From Antechinus flavipes (Eukaryota), in assembly GCF_016432865.1 (NCBI RefSeq), contig NC_067400.1, positions 295,864,001 through 295,928,000 of the forward strand: a DNA stretch of 64,000 bases, read 5' to 3'. How positions within the stretch are numbered: position 1 is the first letter of the stretch; every line of letters starts with the position of its first letter. The notes beneath the pieces were generated by a model. The model saw nothing but the letters and a program-made list of their open reading frames with translations, did no database searches and was not told where the DNA came from. This document shows positions 36,356 through 48,199 of this stretch, piece after piece. A program made the position numbers and the translations under genes.

Positions 36356-37141
36356 CTATGATCCCATAAACCCTTCTGTAATGTAAATTATCATTTAATT
36401 ATCAAAATGTTTTAGAAGTTCAGATTGTATATTGTGGATTTTCTCAAGGAAAGGGACATAATTAACCTATAAATTCTACTTATGCAAAGGGTCATTGGAA
36501 AGATATGCCAATTTCAAATTGATGGGGAGGAGGGAGTTGTTTGTTTTTTTAATGCTTGAAAATTTTTTAAAAGGAATGAAGTATTTCATTTTGGTGATAG
36601 AAATATTTTTAAATTGCAAATGCTTCCAGAGAAATTGGTAATGTTGCCTAATTTGCTTTAAGACTAAATGATTATTCTCTTATGATTTTTGCTGAGGCAG
36701 TGGAAGGGGAATGAAGTTTTGGTAGGGAAATTTGGGAACTCAAGGCATTCAATATCTGTGAATTGGACAGTATAGAATGCACTATCAAAAATCTACTTCT
36801 ATGCCCTGCTCCTGGTTTTGCTTAGATAAGCATCTTTTCATTTTCCATCCAACTGCACTCCTTTGGATTTTCCTCCTCTTCTCCCTTTCTGTGTTATATA
36901 TTAGATTTTAAAGTCTTTGAGGACAGGAACTGTATGTTGTGTTTTGGTTTTTTTTCATTTTTGTATCGGCATTACTTAGTTTTGTGACTGGCACAAAGCA
37001 GGCACCTAATAAATGTTTATTAAATTAATGAATAACTGAGATTTCCTTTGATGTGGAGATCTCTCTTCCCTTGTCAGGAAGAAGTCCATCTGGCTATTTA
37101 TCAGATATATCAATTCCCAAACTATCTTTTTTATAACTCCC

Positions 37142-37955
37142 TGAATGGGATAAACTGAGTAAAGACCTCTCATAAAAATGTGGTCTTGATCTATGCCCTA
37201 ATTATGACTTCAGACTTTGCAATAACAAGTTGAGCTATAGTTAAATTGGTGTTCCACACTGGGAAATGAATGTAAACTATTTGCATTTTTGTTTTTCTTC
37301 CCAGGTTATTTTTACCTTCTGAATCCAATTCTCCCTGTGCAACAAGAGAACTGTTCGGTTCTGCAAACATATATTGTATCTAGGATATACCCAACATATT
37401 TAACATGTATAGGACTGCTTGCCATCTAGGGGAGAGGGTGGAGGGAGGGAGGGGAAAAATTGGAACAGAACTGAGTGCAAGGGATAATGTTGTAAAAAAA
37501 ATATCCTGGCATGGGTTCTGTCAATAAAAAGTTATTAGAAAATAAAATTTAAAATAATAATAATAATAATAAACTGGTGTTCCATTATCTTAGATAAATG
37601 AATACCTCTCCTGTCTCCTTTACCCTCCATCTTTTCATTAGCATTTAAATACTTAATGTGGTAAACTCTTCTGAGGTCAATATTTAGTCTCTGAGTAAAT
37701 TAGAACTTGCCAACCAATGTGAGAAAAGATCAGAAGGGGTGTGGGGGGGGGGGGAGGGGGAAGAGGTGATTGCTTCTGCTTTAGGGTTTATATAACTTAT
37801 GTTTGCAGCTTGTGCTTTGTACTTCTCTACTGATTATTGCCTTGTCTGTTGGGAGTTGCCCTTTTAGAGCGATGGTAATAAATACTTTTTTTTTTTTTTG
37901 CTTTTTACCTTGAGATTTCTGATTTTAAGTTGGATAAGAGTCTTTATCCCCCACA
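37142..37955 (+). mobile_element. Inner solo LTR (same family as 45885-46322)
   Basis: TGAATG.GATAAACTGAGT start shared with 45885; TSD TCCC (37138-37141, 37956-37959); TATA and AATAAA present. Confidence 0.85.
37257..37570 (+). mobile_element. Young LINE-1 3' UTR inserted in the inner LTR
   Basis: Same 3' UTR as other young copies; (TAA)n tail; TSD AAA(T/C)TGGTGTTCCA at 37243-37256 and 37571-37584. Confidence 0.95.
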
Positions 37956-38639
37956 TCCCAACCTGTGAATTTCTTTAAACAATATTTTGAGATATTAATT
38001 ACTATATCTTTAGAAAGGTCTGGGACCAGGTCTTATAGATCTTCCATCCGGTTCCTCCTTGATCTCCCCCTCTAAGTTCCCACCATTACTTCCCTGATTC
38101 CCTGAGAAACCTCCACAGGATTGGAGGTATGCTCAAAGATCTGTTCATGATGAAGATCTTTGATAAGTTCTTGTCAGGACTAAGCCCACTATGAGGTACT
38201 CTCACTCCCTAATAGTGCTTTCCTTTTAATGCTGCCTTATTCCTTACTTTAGCTAGCTCTGGTTAGTTTGCTAAACTCCTTTATAACTCTAAGCTGACAG
38301 TCAATGGCTTGAGTTATTTCCTTTCTCCTAGTTAACTGTGAGTTTCATTGGGGAATTTTTTTTTCCCCTTACTAACTATATGTTCTTCCAACTCTTTCAT
38401 ACTTCCTATTTTACCTATTATTTTATCTATTTTACCTGTTATTTTATCTATAACCTCTTCCCCTAAATAAACTTACCTTTTGCCAAAGAAATGGCTATAG
38501 TGAATTTGTCACATGTATATTTCAAACTAGGAATTGAAACCATGATCTCATTATTTGGTGCTGAAATCTGACCTCATCACCTTCTTTCCTCTGAGGCTGC
38601 CATTCATGAACAAATACATATAGGAGATATTGGTCAATA

Positions 38640-39270
38640 GCAACAAAAATTGTAAATTTTTTTGGGAGTTGTCTTCCATGCCTCCAATCTCTCCTCACTT
38701 TAATCTGTCCTCTACTCAGCTGTCACAATGATAATTTTAAAATACAACTTAGATCATTAACTCCTGTGACTCCCTATTACCATCAGAATCCAAAAAAAAA
38801 AAAACAAAAAAAAAACACTATTTGGCTTTCAAAACCTTTCATAACCTGAACCCTTTCTACTTTTCTTGTTTTTACCTTACTCCCTTATACATATGCTGTA
38901 AATCCAAAGAAACGGGCTGTCTTTCCTTCATGGCACATGTCTCTAGATTGAATTGAATTGAATATTTTCTCTAGGAGTCACCAAGGCTTAAAAGATTCTT
39001 CTTCCTCATGTCTACATGCTAACTTCTCTGGCTTTCTTCAGAACTTTTTTAGCTCTCCCTAACCTCAATGTCTTCGCTCTATTATTGCTCTCAATTTATT
39101 CAGTGTATATCTTATTTATACATTATAGTTTGCACATAATCTCTTTAGATTGTGAGCACTTTGAGAGCAGGAATTGGTTGTTTGGGGAGTGTTGGTTGGT
39201 TGTTTATGTTGCCTTTCTTTCTCATTAATGTTTATCTCAGTTTACCTTTAATTGTTTAATAATACTTATT
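38640..39270 (+). mobile_element. L2 3' region
   Basis: ccaatctctcc...tactcagctg...; tagattgtgagcactttgagagcaggaatt; aataatacttattgactga. Confidence 0.7.
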
Positions 39271-39660
39271 GACTGATCAACTACATCTTATCTTTAGAAC
39301 TTTTAACTAACAGGGAATGTAATACTATTATCTAAATTATATATATATATATATATCAAAAAATCCAGTTCACATCACTTTACACACTCACACATATAAA
39401 TATAACATTGACATATAGTCAACTCAATTTCAATTCCTTCCTCACCTTTCTTCTCATGTTTTTGTTGTTGTTGTTGTTGTTGTTGTTGTTTGTTTATTTG
39501 TTTGTTTTACAATTTTTGTTGCTATTAACCAATATCTCCTATATGTATACTTTCTCCTTTCTGGGGTTTTTGTGACAGTGTTCTTTCTGGGTTCTCCCTC
39601 TTTCTGCCTGATCAATTCTCAATCTTCTTTTATGATTCTTCACCCCCCCCCCCCGCCTCC

Positions 39661-40261
39661 TGTTGTGCCACAGTTTCCTTTTATTGTCCTAAATTTCCCT
39701 AATGGTCCTGCCTCAGTTTCCCTAATTGTTCTGCCTCCTTTTCCCTAAATTGTTCTGCTTCTGTTTCCCTAAATTGTTCTTCCTCAGTTTCCCTGGTTGC
39801 AACCCTCCTTTTCTGCCCATTAGAACTGAGATAATTAGGACTGTGGAGATCTGACATTCCAGAAAATCTGATTCCAGATGTCTTATCTCAGATACCTAAT
39901 TGGCATTGTTTATACCTCTAAATCCAGACTGCCTGGCTCTAAGCTGGATACCTCCTTAACGCCCAGTTTGTAAGAATTTATGGTCCTACCCCACCCCTCA
40001 CCTGTCAGAACCAGATTGATGGTCCCTGCCTGGAGATAACCGCTCCTCAGAATTTGGACCCCACCTCTCCCCCTGCCTGCCTTTATTTAGCTACCTGAGC
40101 TAAGAGTTATAAATATGTCACTGAGAACTCACATTCTCTGCTGGATGCTTTAGACATCAGCCCTGGGGGCATCCTGCCCCCAGCACAATCCTTCTCAGAA
40201 ATCCAAATAAAAATATTAAAAACTCTAATCTCTATCTTGCCTCAGTTTCTCTGGCATTACA
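39661..40261 (+). mobile_element. Solo LTR with ~23-bp tandem repeats in U3
   Basis: TGTTGTG...TTACA; TSD CTCC (39657-39660, 40262-40265); TATAAAT ~40108; AATAAA ~40206. Confidence 0.88.
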
Positions 40262-40269
40262 CTCCCAAT

Positions 40270-41000
40270 TCTCCTTTACTATTTACACCCCCAATTCTGT
40301 TTTAGATGCCCTTTTCTTCCCTTTTTTATATTCTTACTTGTAGATCCATAGGTTTAATCACATTTCCATGGTGATGACTCATAGATTTGGAAATACAGTT
40401 TTAATTTCTTCCCTATATTGTAGCCTTGCATCACCTACTACATATTGGACATTTTAAACTAGATTTCCCAAACATATCCCCAACTCAAAATTTCCAAAAC
40501 AGAACTAGTTCTCTTCTTACAATAATGTTTCTATTCCTATCCAGACTTCTGCCATCCTTTTAGTCTTTTAGATTTTCAAACTTGGCATTATCCTTAGCTT
40601 CTCACTGTTCTTCACCCTGTACTTCTAAATGTTCTCATTTCTACCCCTAAAACATCTCTCAGATACATCTCTCCTTTCTACTTACATAATCATTACCTTA
40701 ATTCAGGCCCTCATTATCTTTTCCTGAACTATTATAATGAGTTCTTAATTGGTCTCCTGGCCTTCCTCTCTCTTCTTTTCAATTCATTCTCCCCACAGAT
40801 GACAGAGATTTTCCTTATGCTCAGATCTAACCAAACTCTTTAGGGATTGAATACATTGTAATGCTTCTTTATGACTTCTAGGATCAATTATAAAATGACT
40901 TTTAAAGCTTTTAATAACCTTACTCCAGATTTGCAGTCTTGCCTACAATTTACTATCTAGCCAATTTGGCCTTCTTCAATTTCATCATAATGCATTCTCT
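40270..41000 (+). mobile_element. L2 fragment
   Basis: ccatggtgatgactcatagattt ... ccccaactcaaaatttccaaaacagaact ... ttaattcaggccctcattatc. Confidence 0.65.
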
Positions 41001-42294
41001 GAAAAGGCCCTCATAGCAGAATTGCTAGTCATCCCTAAATATCCCATTCACCCCAAGGCTTGAGTTAGCAACTTGGTGGCAAAATTAGAGAAAATGAGCT
41101 TAACCCGGGTTGGGGAGAAGCTTCTTATTTCTTGGTAGTTTGAACCAAGTAGCGTAGTAGATACAGAGTGAAGTGGGTGCAGAACTATATGACATAAAAC
41201 TACAAGGCAGATGGGAGGCAAAATATGAAGGTCTTTCAAACCTGGGGAGAAAGTTTGGTATTTTATCTACAAGACACGGGGAAACATTGAATTTTTTTGA
41301 TTGGAGACTCAATCAGATCTTAAATTTTAGTCCTCTTTAAAAGTAGGCAGAGCTTTCAATTTAAACCTAGGAATGCCCATGTTCAGATAATGCCTTTGAT
41401 AATTCTGAGCTGTGTAACTGGGCAAGTACCTTAATCTTGTTGAGCCTAACTTTCTCATCTATGAAATAAGGATATTAATCCATTGGATCTCATAAAATAA
41501 GGCTGTTTTTATTATCAAATAAGAAAATATAAAGTAGTTGTAATCCTTAAAGAATGTTTTAATGTTTGTGGTTATTATCTATTCTTAGTTTACAAATATT
41601 TATAAGATTGGTCCCAGAATGTCCTCAGGTCAACCCCAGGACCCAGCCGACCATGGTATGGAGCTGCTTAGTAACACTGTTTAAGAATGTGGCATTGCCA
41701 GGAAAGATTTAAGCCTACCAACTAAAGGTGTTCACTTGAGAGTCACTTAGGAAAAATAGCCTTTATTTACAATGGAAGCAACCCTTGCCTGATACACTTA
41801 AGAATGGTACTTCTTCTCCACTTATATTTCATTTCTCTACTACTTCTGCTTGAAGTACTCACAAAGTTTGCTCAATTATGGAGGAAGAGAAAACAGAGGT
41901 CAGAGAACGGGGAATATGAACAATGTTTTGGAAGAATACACTTGACTCCTTTTACTTTCTTCTTTTTGCAAATATCATTTTTTATTTATGCACTTGCTGA
42001 TGTATCTTCCAACTTTAATGTCCAAGTGATAATTATTGTTTCTGTCTAATGTTGCCAGTGCTAACATTTACTTAATGGTCTGTCTCATTTGCTTTCTAAA
42101 TGGAGCAATTTTTGAGCAAATCATAAGACTAATTCAAATAGCTCCCTGCTGTCCAAGTGTTCTTTTGGAACACTTTTGCTCCAAAAGAGCAGGAATGAAG
42201 AACTTGGTTGCAGTGGCAACCAAGAAAGCAATGAAAGAGAAATAGAGCACTAGTCTCAATTGACTTTAAAAAGGATCAAGTCATAAGTGATGCT

Positions 42295-42560
42295 ATAAAG
42301 CAGTTAGGTGACATGGGAGAGTTGGAATGCTGGGCCTGGAGTTGAGAATTCCTATGTTCAAATCTAACTTCAGGGCACTTGTATTTGGGAGATGCTGGGA
42401 AAGTCATTTAACTTCTGTAGACATCAGTTTCAACTATAGAAAGAAAATAATCTAGCACCTAATTCAAAAGGTTGCTGTGAGCCTCAAATGAGATAATATT
42501 GCTAAAATAAATAGAACAATGCCTCACCCTGGTACTTAACAGATGCTTGTTCTGCCTGCT
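42295..42560 (+). mobile_element. tRNA-derived CORE SINE (MIR/Ther-like)
   Basis: gcagttaggtgacat...gttcaaatcta...gggaaagtcatttaacttctg...ggttgctgtgagcctcaaatgagataatatt. Confidence 0.75.
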
Positions 42561-42679
42561 CCCTTCCTTATGTGATAAGCCTTAAGCAAGACACTGAGGG
42601 AAATCTGAAAACATAATTTTCATCCCCAACTTGTCAAAAGTTCAAAAATTAATTCTTTGCAGAATTCTTGCTGTTTTGT

Positions 42680-42935
42680 CATAAATTTTCATTCATCTGT
42701 TTCAGCTACATCAAACTCTTTTTGACCTCATATAGTTTTCTTGGCAAAGATATTTCAGTCATTTTCATTTTCTTCTCCAGCTCATTTTACAGATAAGGAA
42801 CTGAAGCAAACAGAATTAAGTGACTTGCCCGATCACACAGCTAGCAAGTGTCTGAAATCAGTTTTAAACGTAGGAAGATGAGTCTTCTTGACTGCAGGCC
42901 TAGAATACTATCCATTGCACTACCTAACTACCCCT
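42680..42935 (-). mobile_element. Mar1-like SINE
   Basis: ttctccagctcattttacagataaggaaactgaagcaaacagaattaagtgacttgccc...cacagctagcaagtgtctga. Confidence 0.75.
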
Positions 42936-45187
42936 ATATCATAATGCAATGTCATAAATGATGGTCAAGTCATAAGATTAGTCAATGAATATCAATGTAA
43001 GCCCAAATTAAGTTAAACTAATGTTAGTAGTTAATTGAAGCACTGAGTGTTAATTCCAATTGAATTTCACATTTATATAATGCTTTAAAGTTTACAAAAG
43101 ACTGTTTAAAACTCTAAATTAAATTGTACAAAAATTATCACTTTTTAAGATGAAGAAATTAAATAATGATAACTAAAATTTATGTAGAAATTTAAGATCT
43201 ACAAAGTACTTTATAAATATTATTCCATTTTATTCTCACAACTTTGTGAAATAGATGTTATTATCCTTATTTCACAGAGCAGAAAACTGAGGCTAAAAAA
43301 CGTTAAGTAACTTGCCTAGTCACAGCTGATTAATAATTGAGGTCAAATTTGAACTTACTCTTTTGAATAAAATTCAGAACTCTATCCATTCTGCCACCTG
43401 GCTATCTTTAGACACCAAGACTCAGAAAATTAATGATTTACTTCCCATTACAAGATAGAAAAGAGGTGATCCCAAGTGGTCTAATTCCAAGTCCTATGTT
43501 CAATAGAGTTTATTTTAACCCCCAAATTTAAGACCCCAAACACCTTAATCTTGAATTTTTCCTAGCACAATAATCATTTGCCCTCTTTCAAAATTCACCT
43601 TAAAAGTGATACTGTGTGAATTTTCCTTTCCCTATTCCTAATGTGTTTAGAAATTGCTTTTAGGAAAAAAATGTACCTGAGTAATATTTGGAAAGAGGAC
43701 AATGATTAAAATGTCTTAGATCAGTTGAGAGAGGATATGTTTCCAATTGCATGAATTTAGTTTAGGATTTTTAGCCTATCTGTTCAAATTAGAAAATAAA
43801 CATTAGGAGGTCAAGTGGTTTGTTCAAAGAATAAAAGAAGGTTGAGTACAAATAACCTCTCCTCTATTTCTGATTCACATACGTCCTATAAGTATGACAG
43901 CGCCTTTAAAAACCTGACTGAGACTAATTTTTCCTTTCTCATAAAAATGTAGTAAATGCTGGTTCCTGGTCTATCTTTTAGCTTCAGTATCTTTGAATTA
44001 TGTCTGACTTTGACATCTGCCCAGTTTACAATGAGTCTCACTCTCCCTTTTGACCAATATGGCTCTGATGCCAGCAATGACAATCCCTCTATTTTCTGGT
44101 TGATTGTCCAGCATGCCCAGTTTATTCAATGACTGTTGAATGACATCTGCCTAGAGGTTTTTAGAAGCAAACAGAATAGATTTAGTTCTCAAAAGGCTAT
44201 GTCAATTAGATTTAAAGATGTTTATTAAAATTAAGTCAAATTTCCTTCTAAATAGAAATTATTTGAAAGCCATGGGGGAAAAAAAAGAAAATGATACTTT
44301 ATCCTGAGTATCACATCGGAAAGCAGCTGCTCAAATTCCTTATCAATAATTAATTTTGCATTTTTCCCTTTATTTTACAAAAATACCCAATTTTTTGCTA
44401 AACAATAACTACAAAAAGACCAGTAAAGTCACACAATAGAAAAATAAAGTGAATGGAAAATATACATTCCCAACAGTAAATTCCATGATTCTGGAGAAGA
44501 GGCTTATCAAATTAGTCCATCAGTATATATATCTGGAAAGAGTTTTGCAGATAAGTGGGCAAGAAAAGCTATCTAAGATTTATGCAGTATATTAAGATTT
44601 GTGTTGCAATTTACGTAACAATAGTCTTATGAACAAATGTTTTATTACTTCCCATATTCTACAGATATGGAAATCAACATTGAGAGAAGTTAGGACTTGT
44701 CCAGTTTTACAGTACAAATCCTGAGTTATGATTTGAATTTAGGTTTTCCTAACTTCAGGACTATCATTCAATTAATTAACCTATTTAGTTATTTTGTGAA
44801 CAGCAAGAAGACTTCAAGTTGATTAAAAGGAAATTAGGCTCAATGCATACATTTTATAGCTTTTTCAGTGATCCCAGAATACTTCTCCTTTATTCAAATA
44901 CTCTCTCAGTGACAATATTCGGCAACAAATCATGGAACACTACCATGATTTGAAACACTACTACCTTAAAAATTTTTTGAAAATCATAAATAATCCAAAA
45001 AACCTTTGAAGGACTCACATTAGCCACTGATTGATTGATTGTTATTATCAAAAGTGATCTTTGAATGTAAATAACATGAAAGAACTTAAACTGGTCACAT
45101 CGTGAAAATGTGGGAAACTGATTAACAAAAACTTGAGTAATGAATTGCTATACCTCTGATGAAATGAATATGTTTAAGAAACTAAGG

Positions 45188-45376
45188 CAAGACTTCTTAA
45201 GTTTCCTCTGTGTTCCTGATCTCTTTGTCAATCTGGTGCACTTCCTTCTCAGAATATTGTTTTGAATTACATACAATGTCTTGCAAATTATTACAAAGGA
45301 AACCACTTGTGTTGAAATACAGTTATCAAAGTGCTGAAAAACAAAAAATCCTTATACCCCAGATTAAGAATCTCTG
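45188..45376. mobile_element. Non-autonomous hAT (Charlie-like) DNA transposon
   Basis: TIR caagacttcttaa / ttaagaatctctg; 8-bp flanks AACTAAGG / AATTAAGA with central TA. Confidence 0.65.
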
Positions 45377-45499
45377 AATTAAGAGAACTATATTATATGA
45401 ACTTCATCCTCTATAGAAGATTTGTGAAAAGCCATGTCTAAGAATTATCCAAAATGAAAAAGTATGAAAGAATTATTGCCTGTATCATGAAGAGAATAA

Positions 45500-46400
45500 T
45501 CATGACAAAAAATCATGGCTCTATTGAAATATGGGAACTTAAATGATATGCCATAGCACACAGGAATTTTAAAAGTATGCCATAATTGTAGAGAACTGAA
45601 AATTCATGCCCTGGATGCCTGTTCTTATTCCACCAGCTTTCCTTTTCTATGTCCTGATTTCTTATGACAGCAAATAATAATGCACAATGAGCAAAGAAAG
45701 ATTCAAAAACCATATAATCATATCTAATAGTATCTCTAGGACAGAGGGGTAGAGGGGAAAAGAAATTAAAAAAAAGAAATTTACATGATAACTTTGTTTT
45801 AAAGGAATAGCAATAGAAATACATAATAGATTTGCAGTTTTGTGTGCAATCACCTTCTTTTAAAAAAAATTTATACTATGCTATTGAATGTGATAAACTG
45901 AGTGAAAATCTCTCATAAGAATGGAGCCTCGACTTAAATACTACTTATAATTGGTTAATTGTGCTATAACCAAAAACCACAGGTGTTTGCTTATACTTCC
46001 CTCCTGTTTCCGCTGCCCTTTATACCACAATCAGCATTAAGTTCCTAATACGATGAAGAGTGTGTCATTGGCTAGTATTCTTTGTCTCTGGGTAGATTTC
46101 CAAGTTAGGATGTAAGCCTAAACTTCCCAGATAATGGGAGAAAAGGTCAGAAGGGAGTGGGGCTATCCATGCCAGGATCTATATAATACTGTGTTTGCAA
46201 CTTGTGCTTTGCACTCTTCTACTGACAATGCCTTTGTTAGCCTTTCTCATGAGATCATAATAAATCTTTTTTACCTAGAAAGTCTCTAATTTTAATTTGG
46301 GTAAGGATCGTTATCCCATATATTATGGAAATGCTTGTTTTATTCCATAAATTAAAAACAAAATAATCTTAAAAGTAATCAATAAAAAGAAAAAACCCAA
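45500..46400 (+). mobile_element. Old LINE-1-like 3' UTR interrupted by the LTR at 45885-46322
   Basis: gatttgcagttttgtgtgcaatc...atactatg|ttatggaaatgcttgttttattccataaattaaaaa. Confidence 0.6.
45885..46322 (+). mobile_element. Solo LTR (same family as 37142-37955)
   Basis: Shared start and ttgc(a/g)cttgtgctttg...ttctactga motif; TSD CTAT/TTAT. Confidence 0.8.
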
Positions 46401-46559
46401 TTAATTAAGGATCAGGTTATATTACCAAAGAGACAGAGCCTTTGCCATCACAGCCTAGGTCTCTTAGCATATAAATATCATTTCCACCAGACAAGATATC
46501 TAATAGCAGAATTTGAAACTAAGACTATCAGTACAACCTCTACATGATAAGAATCCCTG

Positions 46560-46860
46560 TTATACTGAACATGTGGTTACCTAACTACCGTTTGAAGACC
46601 TTCAGAGAGAAAACCAACATTCACTAAAAACAGCTAATTTATCTTTAGAAATATAATTTAAAATCTTTTGAACTCTAGTTGTTAGGAAATTTTCCCTGAC
46701 ATCTAGTCTAAATTTGCCCCTTTGCAACTTTGTCCATTGCTCCTAGTTCTGCCTCCTCCGGCCAAAGAAAATAGGTTTAATCCTTCATAACACAGGCCTT
46801 TGCATCTTTAAAGAAGATGACTCACATTTTGCCTGAGTCTTTTCTTTTGAAGCCTGTGTG
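46560..46860 (-). mobile_element. CR1/L3-related (MIR3-like) 3' fragment
   Basis: gttaggaaattttccctgacatctagtctaaatttgcccctttgcaactttgtccattgctcctagttctgcc. Confidence 0.65.
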
Positions 46861-47059
46861 GCTAATGACTTTAAGTAGTTTTTATATCAGTGAGTGCAAC
46901 TTAACCAAGGACTGGAGGCATAAATGAATGCTCTCAAAGAGAACAGATTGAGAATAAAGTAGAAATTCTCAGAAGTTCATGGTTGTGGATATCCTAATGA
47001 CCATCATAAAATATAGGCTGATAGTATGTATCTGTACATAAATTTCTACTTCCTGGGAA

Positions 47060-47375
47060 AATGACCACTTCAGCTTGACCCCTCTCTATAGACATGACTT
47101 ACTTTCACACGAAAATTTAGATTTTTCAGCCTCAGTCAAACTGAGACCTGTTGAAGAACTTAGCTTAAAAAGGCCAAGATCTTCCATTTCATCAAGTCCA
47201 TCTCCAGTTGTCTTAATCTGTATCTGACCACTGGACTCAAATGATTCTGGAAGGCAAAAATGAGGCAAGTGATCTTGCACAGCCCTCCCTCACTTAAATC
47301 TAATTCACTTGCATGTCATGAAATCACTTCCCTATCATCATGGTCTTCTTTGAGAATGAAGGAAAAACAACAACT
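47060..47375 (+). mobile_element. RTE-tailed SINE (WALLSI4-like), partial
   Basis: Homologous to 57820-58080; ends ggtcttctttgagaatgaaggaaaaacaacaac (RTE-type tail). Confidence 0.75.
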
Positions 47376-47936
47376 TTCACACAAATCAGAAAGCTGAAAT
47401 CTTCTCAGGGCTGAATGAATGCCTTTACTATTCATTTTTACTTTGCAGAGGAGTCTGACATTTTCAGCTCCTCCTGATAAATAAAGCTCTCAATCAAGAC
47501 CAAAAAGGTACTCCAAGTATGATTCGGCAACACAGATGTCTCTCTTGTCAAAATGAGAGAAATAGAAACTTTAAATACCCAATTCAGAGCAGGTTCTGTG
47601 AGATACATACAGCTATATTTTTTTATCATTTGTAGTTTGTAATAGCAGCCTCTTGAGAGACTGAAACTAAAATCTATTTACTTAAAGAGGAATGTTCACT
47701 CCAGGGTATACTTGATACAGCAAAAACATATACAAAAAGCAATTTACTATGCCAGTTATTTCCCTTCTTTCCTCCTCTATTATCAGAATTATGTGAATCT
47801 GAACCTTTGTTCTAATCCCATCATCCAGATTCTTCTTTTGCTAAATTCAGTAGCTAAATTGTAAATGTCTGTTTATACTAGTTTGATTACTTCATAATAA
47901 TAAAAAAAAAACTACAACTTCCAAATTTTGTTCCCT

Positions 47937-48121
47937 NNNNNNNNNNNNNNNNNNNNNNNNNNNNNNNNNNNNNNNNNNNNNNNNNNNNNNNNNNNNNNNN
48001 NNNNNNNNNNNNNNNNNNNNNNNNNNNNNNNNNNNNNNNNNNNNNNNNNNNNNNNNNNNNNNNNNNNNNNNNNNNNNNNNNNNNNNNNNNNNNNNNNNNN
48101 NNNNNNNNNNNNNNNNNNNNN
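47937..48121. other. Assembly gap (N-run)
   Basis: 185 consecutive N. Confidence 0.99.
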
Positions 48122-48199
48122 TTTTATTCTCTCACTATTTTTTCCTTACTTTACTGTTATAGCTACCATTTAGCAATACCTATATCCATATATCTGTAT

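Larger units (their letters stand above)
37049..38579 (+). mobile_element. Outer solo LTR of a triple nest
   Basis: TGATG...CTCATCA; TSD CCTT (37045-37048, 38580-38583); AATAAA ~38466. Confidence 0.8.
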
